Assembly: GCA_000934665.2 (NCBI GenBank)
Contig: JYFJ02003684.1
Span: 1 to 38,990 of the forward strand
Direction of reading: 5' to 3'
Length of the DNA stretch: 38,990 nucleotides
From: Catajapyx aquilonaris
Lineage: Eukaryota
Shown here: positions 13,496 to 24,159 of the stretch, one piece after another
Layout of the letters: every line of letters starts with the position of its first letter
Position numbering within the stretch: the stretch's first letter is position 1
Program-made: the position numbers and the translations under genes
The notes under the pieces: model-generated
Databases searched by the model: none
The model's input: the letters and a program-made list of their open reading frames with translations, nothing else
Told to the model about the DNA's origin: nothing

Positions 13496-13886
13496 GCTTT
13501 ATTACCGAAAACATACATCCCCGACACCTCCTTAATAACTACAGACACTAACGTCTACTACCCCTTTACACCTTCGAACCTTTATTACAACATCGCATAT
13601 ATACAACTTGGTCTTATTCATAATACATCTGCAATACCTACTATCTCTCTTGTTCGACCCCACTATAATCCCTATTTGTACTTTTCCCCTTCGCCTCACT
13701 ACTTCCTCCTATAACACATTTCCTTTACATCTTTCCATTGCTTTATTTTCTTTCACTCCCTCTTTTTCTTATTCACATCTTCGTGTTATATGCCATGGCC
13801 GTCAAAAATTCTTCTACAGTCATTTCATCTTGATTATCAATTACATGGTTTATACGCCTCTCCCTCTTTACATCCCTTAGCTTAGT

Positions 13887-14151
13887 TTTAGGGTTTTATT
13901 GAGAAGAAGCCAAAGCAACTATGGCTATCTGGCTATAAGAAGCAAAGGTGGGACAGATGGAGAGAGAAACGAAGAGGAAAAAGAAGAGAGGAAAGACTGG
14001 CATCTCTCTTAGTCTGTCTCCTATCCCAAAGACCTGTCCGGCTTGGGTGGCCCTACCAGTAGACGAAGCTACCGCCGGCATAGCTCTTGGGGTCACGGGA
14101 GAAACGCAAACCCCCCCACCACCACGATAAGGTGGAGATACCATCGGGGGG
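13887..14151 (-). mobile_element. 265-bp non-autonomous retroelement: RTE/BovB-type conserved 5'-UTR motif joined directly to a LINE-type 3' tail
   Basis: Perfect 12-bp TSD CCTTAGCTTAGT at 13875-13886 and 14152-14163. Head CCACCTTATCGTGGTGG...GAGCTATGCC...GGTAGGGCCACCCAAGCCGGACAGGTC; tail ending GGCTTCTTCTCAATAAAACCC. A second tail copy lies at ~28330-28456. Confidence 0.85.
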
Positions 14152-16059
14152 CCTTAGCTTAGTAATTTCGCCTTCTTCCTATATATATTTCATCTACTAA
14201 CAGTCATTTTTTCCTACCGCCACAATACCTATTTTCTTCCCGGAATCTGTTTCATCCGGTTGTACTACTTTGTCTTTAAATTTTTATTTCGTAATTCCAT
14301 AAATTTCGATATTACTTTCATTAGTTATTTTTCCCTTGTCGGTATATATTTTTTTCAATATTTCTGCTTCATAGGTCATATTTTTATTAGGTCTTTCCCT
14401 CCTGTCAGTATTTTCAATTTCGGCATCCCAAACATCCTTGCAAATGAGTATGTGGCGGAAGTTCGGAGGGTGTGTTCACGGTTGGCTACAGGTTTCAACA
14501 TTACCAGTGCATTTCATCACAAGTGCAGAATACTTATTAAGCCCTGATTCATTCCCTGAACTGAGCAAGCTGCGCACAAGTGAAATTTCCACTCGGATTT
14601 TCCAACGTCTCTTGACGTCCAAAGCTCTCCACATATGGAGGAGATTGTAATGAGCTCCATCACACTACCACAGGACACTGTGGTAAAATTCAAACACCTG
14701 ACGAGAAAAATCATAGCCGGTCTATACGTCGGACCGAGAGATGCAGATTACCTACTTGAGTACCTTCCCATATTAGAGGTGTTGGAAATGAGTGATGTGA
14801 AGCGTGTTCTACTGTCACTATGCCAACACCCTTATCCTTGTTCGAAAGACTTTGTTGGATGCATCGATGGTGCTTTTTTCTAAGCAATTACACTTAAAAT
14901 AGTCGCCATGAGAACATGACTTTAGAGTTTGGGTGAGAGAACAGTCTCATAATTATGTTGCTTCTTGTGGGTATGTACGACTGATGACTTACACTTAGCC
15001 CAAAAATTAGTAAGTGCCAAAGCGCCATACGCATTTTGTACAGCTCTTTCACCCCCAGTGAAATATTGTCATGGATATCGACATGATTTCCATGTGACTA
15101 ATACATTATTTTCAAATGGCCTATTAACGAGTTCCTTCAGGTGCCTTCCACATGCAGAAGAGCAACAGTATCTACGAAGTCGTGCTGTGCAATAATTGTT
15201 ATGTATTGTTACCTGAACAGGTTAATTGGCAATGACAACACAGTCAGCCTCGGTACACCTTGCCTTAAATGTCTTCACAAATGTTGGCAACAACATCCTT
15301 TAGTGAGGGGAGAGTCACACAAAGGCGTCCTACCTCTCCGCCAGCCGTGTGTGAAGCTCAAACGCCGAAAACGCTTGTTGAGCGAAAAATGTAGACCAGA
15401 ACGCTTTCAGATGTTTTAAAACAGTCATCAATCATGAACAAGGTGTCAGGCCGGGGCAGAGGTCAAAAGCGAAGGATATTTTGCACCAAATTGCTATGTC
15501 TCATGCATCGCAGAATAATTTGATTAAAACTATTGGTTTCAGAAGAGCTCATGGAGTATGCATTAATTTGATGAGAAACACATCAAGCTCATTTTCAGAT
15601 ATGCAATAATAATTGTTACTCTATGATGTACATTGCGGAGGATTTTGGTAACGCATGCTTTGCAATGTTAATTTTTTCTGATCACTCTTCCTCCTGGGCA
15701 AGTATAGTTTTTCATTCGTTTGCTGCTCCTTGCTAGAAATCGGGCGGCTTGCACCTATCGTTATTACTGAATTTTTAATATTACATTACTTAAAATAAAT
15801 AAATAAGTACCGGTAAAGTTTTGTTTTTTTGATTAGCTATTGTATAATATTGTGGATGATGAGACTGCATTGGCGCAGGACCTTTGTGGTGCGGTCGCCG
15901 TAGCTCTGGCACAGTACTCGAGACCTATTCGAATGCTTACATCTGACAACAAGTAGTGTACAGTTAAGAGTGCATTAGAAACATGGTATAGATGGTCCTT
16001 GGCCAAACTAACAAGGGAAAAGAGAACAATTTTGTAACCACGAGGCAGGTGGTACAGTA

Positions 16060-16390
16060 CAGTATACCTTTCTCCGTAGCACAGAGGATACCACCAGATA
16101 TTCCTGAAGTCCTCGGCCACTTTCTCACAGTCATCAGTATTAGCCGTCAGGGTTCTGTAATTATAAATTTGAGAACCGTTTTGTGATTCACTTTCACTTT
16201 ATCACTTTATAACGATCCCCACACCTTTCAAGTCGTGTAACCTACTTACATTCATAAAGTGGACTTCTATACCTGCCAAAGAACATCGTATGTCTCTTTG
16301 ATAATTACATTCGACTGCAGCTATCCAAATGCAGAAGGCAGCTGAAACAGCGAAGTAACTGTCACCAGTAGCTAAATATGCTAGTAAGAG
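16060..16390 (-). mobile_element. Harbinger (HARBI1-like) transposase fragment, two exons
   Basis: Minus strand YLATGDSYFAVSAAF...IIKETYDVLWQV followed by a GTAAGT donor, then TDDCEKVAEDFRNIWWYPLCYG. A pyrimidine-rich ...TACTAG acceptor precedes YLATGD. Confidence 0.75.
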
Positions 16391-18081
16391 AAGAAACATG
16401 TACAATCTATCACAAAAAGTTGTGGCCACTTTTGCCCGAGCTTTAAAATGTTTTTTAGACTGTTAATTTGGGGTCACTTAAAAACGTTGTTTTGCCAAAT
16501 TGTTTCAGAATTTCTTGGTATCAGTGGTGCTACAAATGATCAATTTATTGTTCGGACATTATTTACAGAGATGTAGTTCATATGCAACATGCATAATTTC
16601 AGTCAAGTAGGCCTATACAATTCATATCGGACTTCCGTCATCGTCTGAAAACACAATACATCATGACCTTGAGGGTTTTATTTACAACCATATGCGTTTC
16701 CTCCGCTAGTTTCAGGACACCTGGATCATAGGTAGTTAGCAGCTTGATTACCGTATCGACTGCCATGAGAACCGCATCATCACCCGCCACATGCAGTCCT
16801 ATCCCTCCAGTTTTTCTGATGACATATGTTTGAGGAACGGATTGGCAGGTCCAGGGTCTTCTTAACCAGTGGGCGGAAGTGTTTGTCGATCTTGGTCTAC
16901 TCGGCTTTCGGCAGCTGTCCCGTCATGGGAACACCATGTCATCAGGAGTGCTGGTCCTAATGCGAGGCTGCGGCGGCCATTGTGCTTCATCATGTTCTTG
17001 TTTTGATTGGTGGATTGAGTGGTGGCTGCCGGTGTCTCCCGGCCCGTTGGCCAAAGGATCAAGTGTAGAAGCGCGAAAATTAAGCTGATAAGAACTGATT
17101 TCGTTTATTAATAACACGTCTGGTACAACAATAAAATGCGCTGTGACAATCATATTGTTTTCGGTCAGTGAAACATCAAAAGAGAGAAAGTCTCGTTTAG
17201 TCACTATAGCAAAATGGTGGGTGTATGGAGGAGGATGAGAAACGGGAGAGAAACTATAGTTCTGCGTTGCTGGTTTGTTTTCGGCGGATCTTCCATGTTT
17301 CATCTCAATGGGTGTCCCGAGTATTAATTATTAAACGAAATCATCCTAGGTCAAATAGGGCTTTCTCCGTCACACTCTCTTCAACATCCTCCCACATAGG
17401 CCGGCCAGCATGCGTCTGTGTTGTAGTACCTCTTTCACCAAGATCAGTCCTTCCTCCAATTGAAGGAAAGATAGAAGTCATGATGTCATAATTAGAAGTT
17501 CGTCTCTCGGTTCATAAACACTAGCTATCAGGATTTATAATATTAGTTCTGCAACGATGTTTTTAGGAGGACCCCTCACGCCTGGATAGAGGCTGATGTA
17601 ATCGCTGGAAATGAAACATTTTCACAGTGAGTTGGTGCTAGTGCTTGCCGAAAGCGAGATAATCATAATTATGTTACGAATATAATTATACCAATTATAC
17701 ATATGTTATTCGTTGTTGGTGTAAGTGTTGTAATTTTAAAATCAATATAAACTTTTGGTTTATTCTCGCTTCAGTCCCACTCCTACAGGCATCCTCAACC
17801 AGTTCACCAATCCCACTTCTACAACCCCACTCCTCCCCACTTGACTCTCTCCACAACAATCAACGTCTCTCTACGAGTAGTAACACCGCACCATGCGATC
17901 AAGTTTCTTTGTGAAACAGAGTTTACTTGCAGATGCGGATATATTGTCAAGCACAGTAAGTTGAATTGGTTGAATAGATTGTGACCTGCACATCATGTGG
18001 TCATGTTCGTTTTATTATATGGTTTATGCGTTGTTTCATCTGCAGGGTGTCATACTAGCATTGCGTGGTAGGAGATGCCTT

Positions 18082-18539
18082 TGTGACCGCAATTACGCGG
18101 TGACAAAAACAATCATCGTACATCGTTTATTGTTACGTCAACAAGAGAATAGTTATGGATGGATTACATCTGAGGAGGTTTTGTGTCGGAATGGAGCAAG
18201 GGACACACCGAAAGACCTCGAGAAAGTCCCCGCTTCTCCTTATATAGTCCTGGAACCCCAGGGGATGATGGGAAGCCGGAGATAGACAGTACAACCCAAG
18301 GTTCCAAGGATAATACAACGGGAAAAAACCCTGGATGGGGTTACATAGTTCGATGGGGGTAGTACTGTCACACCTTCATCTCATGCTGGAGTTGTCTTTT
18401 GCATCACACTGTGGTCGTCATATTTCATCCTATGGTCTTCTGTCATCACTTCAGACGTATTCTTTATGAATCATATACTGTGTACATATTCTTCCGTGGT
18501 TAATTTGTACTTGTAGTCATTCGACTGTGACAGGTTACA
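18082..18539 (-). mobile_element. Probable solo LTR (~458 bp)
   Basis: Minus strand begins TGTAACC and ends TTGCGGTCACA, resembling the end of the 12022-12460 LTR. TATATAA (~18240) and AATAAA (~18126) occur in the expected order. No TSD. Confidence 0.55.
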
Positions 18540-18609
18540 TTATGGGGGGGGGGGGGGGATTTAACGTGTAATTGCAATGTGTAGTTTTAAATCGTCATCG
18601 TCCAATTAG

Positions 18610-18940
18610 TCCAATATTTTGGCCTGGCAGAGGGCAAGTAGGGCAGTTACCCAACATGCAGGCTGGACTCTCGCTGTGGCTGACTGTGCTGTCGACAAGT
18701 TCTGTTATTGTTCTTGTTGTTGTTGTTGTTGGCGGGAATATCTCGGGAAAATCGGAGCTGAGGCACTGAAGCACCAACTGCGTGTTTTCATGCTGTTTAC
18801 ACAATCAGCCAGTAACCGGGATATCCGAACTAAGGCAAACGTGAGCTGGATGCAACTGACAAAACTTTGGCAAGCCAAGTACGATAATTATCGGGATGAT
18901 CCTTCTTAAAGCAGTGATACGGATCTTTAATTGTTAGATC
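18610..18940 (-). mobile_element. Sola2-like transposase fragment
   Basis: Minus strand LTIKDPYHCFKKDHPD / GLPKFCQLHPAHVCLSSDIPVTG*LCKQHEN...ESPACMLGNCPTCP resembles the KFCxLRP...CxCxxHxN...CMLGxCxxCP pattern. Confidence 0.55.
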
Positions 18941-19337
18941 ATTCCTCGCTTGTGTTCTTCGTTTTTTAGCATTTGATTGGTTTTGCCTCTATGACTTGAG
19001 CACTCGTTGCAAAAAGTGGCCCCTTAATTTCTCTCGGCGTTCTATTATTCCCCTTTTGAACCACTTACCGCTCTTCGTTGGGAAATGACGTCCAGGTTTG
19101 CACACATTCAAGTGCAGCCAGTTGTCAACTGTATTATTGTACTAATCCCATAATTCACTCTTGGTGAAGGTGGTTTTGTTGGAAACATTAGGCGACACAA
19201 GTGAATTTACTTGATGTAATAAATGCCAACTGTTCCTATTAAATACACTTAAATATATTTTAATACAACTTTAGGTGCTTGTTTCCGAACCTGACGTCGC
19301 TCTCCATCTCCGCCGGGATGACCGCCGGGATGGCCGA

Positions 19338-19430
19338 CAACTCGGGCAGTCTGTGTTGCAGGAGGGTCAGGTAAATCAAGCGACGTCCGATTATGCCTGC
19401 CCACATGTTGACGCTAGTCGTCATCTGAGG
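19338..19430 (-). mobile_element. Internally deleted Tc1/mariner transposase fragment
   Basis: Minus strand SVNMWAGIIGRRLI/YLTLLQHRLPEL matches SVNVWAGIIGxxLIGP...YLxFLQxxLPEL. Confidence 0.6.
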
Positions 19431-19451
19431 ATCTGAGGGGGGTACACAAGC

Positions 19452-20900
19452 CTAGTTTCTGCTTTTCTGGACTACGGCTTTTGTGACTCAAGGAGTGCGC
19501 AAAGCATCATCTTCTGTATATGCTGTATGCTTGTTGGCCAAGCGGTGTTTGTCCAAAGTCTAGGCTGGCGTTCATGTTCGCCACCCAGGTTGGAGGCACT
19601 TCGGCGTAGTCGCCCCAGTCATAGCAGGCCCAACTTTGCAAATTATTGATGGGTCCTTTGCGCAAATCATGGAGGCGATCGTTATTCGTACGTCGAACTG
19701 GAAATTGATGCCGGCACGTATGCCCCAGTTCGCGTAATGCTTTGAACGTGTGAACACCTCTGTGGTGTTCTCTTCTCGCTCAATTGTCAAGATCTGGGCT
19801 AATGACCCAGGCTCGTATTCGTGTACGCTGGCTCCCAGCTTGTACTTATCAACAGTCGAACGCATGCGGGTGGCGACTGCCTCGAACAATGAATTGTTAA
19901 GGGCGAATTGAGCAGATGTTATCCCTAGCTCATTCTGCGTGACAGGCCCCAGCGTCTGGCACGGCCTGGTACGGATCAGGTCTAGTGCTGATGGTAGATC
20001 CCAGTTTGCTACGGCGCCTTGCACCTGCGCGTAGGTGAGATCTGCCTGCACGCGTAGTAGTGCGACACCTGGAGCTGGCAGGGTCTCATACAGCCAGTGA
20101 TTGTCATGGGTGACCTTCCCAAAGGTTCCGGTAACTCCGCCATACGCAGTGGGCGTTGGCATTGTGGGTAAACGGAATTGGGACTCCGTCTCCTCTGGCG
20201 TTGTCGCATTCCCGATACCGCGTAGGTACGCTTCGATAGGTTCAGGAATGGGGGTACTCTCCTGACTTCACATAGTCAAGGAGCTGTACCTCTGTGTATT
20301 CACTCAGTCCTCTGTGACTGCGGATCGCTGAAAGCCGAGTCCACAGATGGACGATGATGTAGTAAGCAAATGCAGATTCCGGTACTGCACGGCCGAACTG
20401 CGTATCGGCAGCGGCCATTGTCTGGTAGACACGGGTGATCAGGGGCATGATGCCTTCACATGTCACCGTATGCGTGTCTACTCCTACGTCCGGGACGAGC
20501 CTCCGAGCACGAAAGCTTCTTGCCAGATTGGGTCGTTCTGCAGTGGAGAGCTTGTCTTAGACAGATGTTGTGGCTTTGGTACCACAGGTGGAATCGGGGC
20601 TGATGGGCCCGCGACTCCAGGTCGTGCATTTTTGCCGCGGCGCTACCAGTGGTGGATGACTGTGGCGTTGAGTCTACTGCAGACTCAGGCGATTCTGCTT
20701 TTTCATCGTGGGTGTGAGAATTTGAGAAGGGCTTCTTTCCATTCTTCCCACGTGGGATCTGTCTTGGGTTTGGTGGTCTCTGACCAATGTCCCTCCTAAA
20801 TCCTGGTTTCCCTAGGCCTCTTCTCCGACCACAGGGTGCCTCGTAACCCCCTCATTCATGAGCTGCCCTATGTCCATTATCATGGTTGCTTAGAAAATCC
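19452..20900 (-). pseudogene. Endogenous viral element: partitivirus-like capsid protein pseudogene
   Basis: Joining frames gives a basic N-terminus (GRRRGLGKPGFRRDIGQRPPNPRQIPRGK), then SPLQNDPIWQEAF, VPESAFAYYIIVHLWTRL, YPIPEPIEAYLRGIGN (after removing one base from the G5 run at 20250-20254), GTFGKVTHDNHWLYETLPAPGVALLRVQADL and WACYDWGDYAEVPPTWVANMN, with a stop at 19452-19454. No introns. Confidence 0.75.
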
Positions 20901-21569
20901 GAAACATCTGCTCATATTTCAAAAGAAATTCCCAAGGTTGGATATATACGATGGTTGTCTCATCGAAGTTTCTCTGGTGACATTCCGGTAATAGTTTTAA
21001 TGTTTGAGCCTCGATGAGGAATGTTGACTGATTACTTGTTACGAAGGATCACATGTATGACCTGTCTGTCCTGTCACTGACATATCAATTCAATTTATTT
21101 TACCTCAGAGAGAGGATTCACAGAATCATATGAATGAGTGACAATTATAATCAAAATATCGGTGTCGTAATTGTGACAATGAATACAATGGAAATAGGAA
21201 AATTGGAGGGATTATTGGAAAAAGTGTAATAGAAAAGTTTTAAAAATGGTTGCAACTATTGTTTGGAGTGTATGGCTCTTGGATTCCGGATCTTGCATTA
21301 GAGTAATACAATGGTGATAGGAGTACACACCATTGCATTGGTGTGAAATATTGGAGGCCAGTCAAAGGACCTCCTCGGCACTTGCAAGCTTTGATGTGAG
21401 GTAATATGAATTCTTGTTGTGACATATGCTCCTGTAGGTGCGAGTTTTGATTTATATGAATAATTATGTAAATAATATTGATGCATGATGATAAATGTGA
21501 TGGGAACATCCGTGAATGGCTATATTCTGGCTGGCTCCGACTCCTGATTGCTATTCGGCCATGTCCTGA

Positions 21570-21700
21570 TTAAGTGAGTGACCATCGTTCGATAGTTGAA
21601 TGAAGTTTTGCTTGCCCACTGGAGCTTGTTATGCTGAGACATGGGACAAGGACATATACTTGTGAGTGGGGAGGACCGTTCCTGGACATCCCTGGGGTCA
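21570..21700 (-). pseudogene. Fragment of unidentified repeated coding family (copy F)
   Basis: Aligns with 11130-11265. Peptides PRDVQE...QAPVGK..FNYRTMVTHL vs PKDVQQ...QAPVGKPLFNYRT...MVTH, with synonymous CAG/CAA, CCG/CCA and ACT/ACG changes. Confidence 0.7.
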
Positions 21701-23184
21701 GAAGAGAATAAGCGTTATATACGTGACAAATCATTTGTAAGCGCGTATTATGTTTGTTCACTCGCCGTACTTGTGCGAATGTTTCCGTATATTATTTCAA
21801 GAAATCGTCCTGCCGTCGTCTGGAAAATGTACAGTGTACTTCTTGTTGATTGAGGTTTTGTCGCCAGATGACTTTTGTCCCTCCATGCTGTGAGGCCTAC
21901 AATGGTATTATCTTTTTAAAAATCCCAGGTCGAAACAACGGAACAACGCGTTGCTCAGTTGCAACGGTATGAACTACACTCCTGAAGGTTTTGTGCGGTT
22001 TCCCTCTCTCTTGGCGAGGGCCTACATCCAGATAGGCCGTCATTTTCTTCATGTTTATGACAGTCAGTCTTGCAATCCTACTCTGCCAGATTTCATAACG
22101 AGGATATGAATTTTTATTACTATTAGATGCGAAAACTATAGACTAACGGTCGATCAAGATATTGTAACAAGCCGTTTGGACCGTGGTTTTTCAGAAACCC
22201 AAGTATGTGTTTAAATGAGCCCATATTGTGTCAGTAATCCTGGAAGGGAAATATATTCAAAACGTGCCAGTAGCCTACTATTGCTAGTTTATATGCCATG
22301 AAAGTGCAAGTCGCGTTGTGCTCATCCTGCAGGACGGTATTCCCAGCAGGCTACCCGTCGTGTCAGTTACAATTAAATATTTCTGAAACTGCCATTGATT
22401 AATTGGCCAGCATGTTTGTCCAGAATAGATGCGAACTTGCTGGACATCACGTGTTCCCCAGGGATTCAGGTAATGATTCTGGTAATACTTTCCTAAAGTG
22501 ACACTTGCTATAACACAAACTGACAAGCAGTCCAAAGTGGAAATAAAAATAAAATAAATAAACAACACTAAAACATATCCACATCACTTAATTATTTAAA
22601 ATATACGACGGGCTTTGTTCTCTTCACTGCAAAAGTGCGCTTGCCCCTGCTGCTCCAGCTCTGCAGCTGTGTTACCGCTTCTGCCGCCTTCACATGGCGT
22701 ATAAACAAAATACGGTACGATACGTTTATTCCCGTCATACAAACTATATGGGGAAGCCCTCTCTCCAAAATTTTACAAAATAATGCCACAAAGTTGCAGT
22801 TTTTAAACTACTAACACACACACAATTTATACAGTGAGTAGACCTTAATGGTTGGTATATTAATGAACAGTGTATTTTGTCCGGCGGAACCCTCTGGAAG
22901 TCCTTTATCCATTCTCTTGCTTCCTTATAAACGTCACACTGAAACAAAGGAATTTCTACCACCATATTACAAAGCGAACAAACTCATGCTTCTTCAAATT
23001 TGATACAATAACCCTGGATGTATCAAACTTTGGATTTATTTCCTATATTTATTAACATACGTACTCATTTTAATGGCATCATGTTATGGAGATAGATTTC
23101 TGGCATGTAACCATTGGAGATTGCCTGATAATGATTATAATAATGTGTGTCTTCCAGTGTCATTCTATCCAGATTTGGAGGCGC

Positions 23185-23515
23185 CCATGCGGCCGATGCT
23201 TCTGGCGACTACTAGGACATATCGTACAACATCCAATGCGCTGCTGAATGTCCTGGCTGGCTGTCCGCCTCCAGACTTGCAGGCTCAAGCTAGATATCAC
23301 CAATACCTTCTGCCTAGCGGCAGACAGGGTATTATCAGTACTAAACGCTTAGATCTTGTGGACTTATGATGGACTGATGACTGGTGGTCTGGATGATTGG
23401 TGTTTAATGACTGGGTGGCAGCCAAGTTGACGTTTTGTTTTGTATTAGTTTTGTTGTCAATGTTGAGTGAATGGGCTGTTGGGCCTTAATGGCATGGTTG
23501 GTCCAATAAATTCCG
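23185..23515 (+). mobile_element. R1-clade non-LTR retrotransposon 3' fragment
   Basis: RPMLLATTRTYRTTSNALLNVLAGCPPPDL matches the post-RT motif AYRTxSxxALxVLAGxPPxDL; followed by a 3'-UTR-like tract with AATAAA at ~23505. Confidence 0.7.
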
Positions 23516-23636
23516 AATAAGTGTCATCCTATCTGCTTCAATAATTGTTTTCTCCACGTACACTAATAAATTTTTTTTTTTATTACGTTTTACCCATGGA
23601 TGAATCTTACAAATCCTACGTGCGTGAAGCATTATC

Positions 23637-23996
23637 TTACTCAAACAAGACGTCTGTGTGGCCCCTCAGTGGTAGGACCTCCTCTTCTTTAGGCCACGAG
23701 TCTGGAGAGGTAATTACTCTTCGTGGACCAATAGGGCATTCATTTTTGGGCCATCCTCTTGGATACTTAACGGTGCTTTGCCTTTGTTGTGAAAAATTGT
23801 CTTGAAATAAATATCCTGTCATAATATTAAGACCCTGAAGAAATTCATGGGTTTTTGGGTAAACATAATTAAATGCATCCGTTAGTTCAATGAAGGCTGT
23901 AAAGAGTTTCCCTTTACAGCTACGGTCACGCGGCGGTACTTCTTCCTGAGGCGGTCTGTGTAAGGGTTGCATACGTGTATTCCTGAATTGATTCAC
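23637..23996 (-). other. Orphan open reading frame, 119 aa, possibly a viral-derived remnant
   Basis: Protein-like composition (FTAFIELTDAFNYVYPKTHEFLQGLNIMTGY...RVITSPDSWPKEEEVLPLRGH), adjacent to and co-oriented with copy B; no recognised motif. Confidence 0.3.
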
Positions 23997-24159
23997 GTCT
24001 TCTACCCTTTTCGAGGGAAATTAACATTTAAGTGGTATTACATATAATACATCCTCCAAATTGCTGCCAAGTCTTAAAGTATTACATCACAATGGTTTAG
24101 AATTTTTAGATAGTCCACTACTGACGTATTAATTTACAATTATGACATTGTATAGTCTC

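Noticed and set aside
16700..17500. Possible Harbinger Myb/MADF second ORF
   Set aside because: Position next to the nuclease fragment is suggestive, but the conserved Trp pattern could not be reconstructed.
20347..20799. 150-aa plus-strand ORF
   Set aside because: Antisense shadow of the capsid EVE.
22420..22470. PWGTRDVQQVRIY as a reovirus RdRp motif F
   Set aside because: Only loosely similar, and no motif A, B or GDD follows at a suitable distance.
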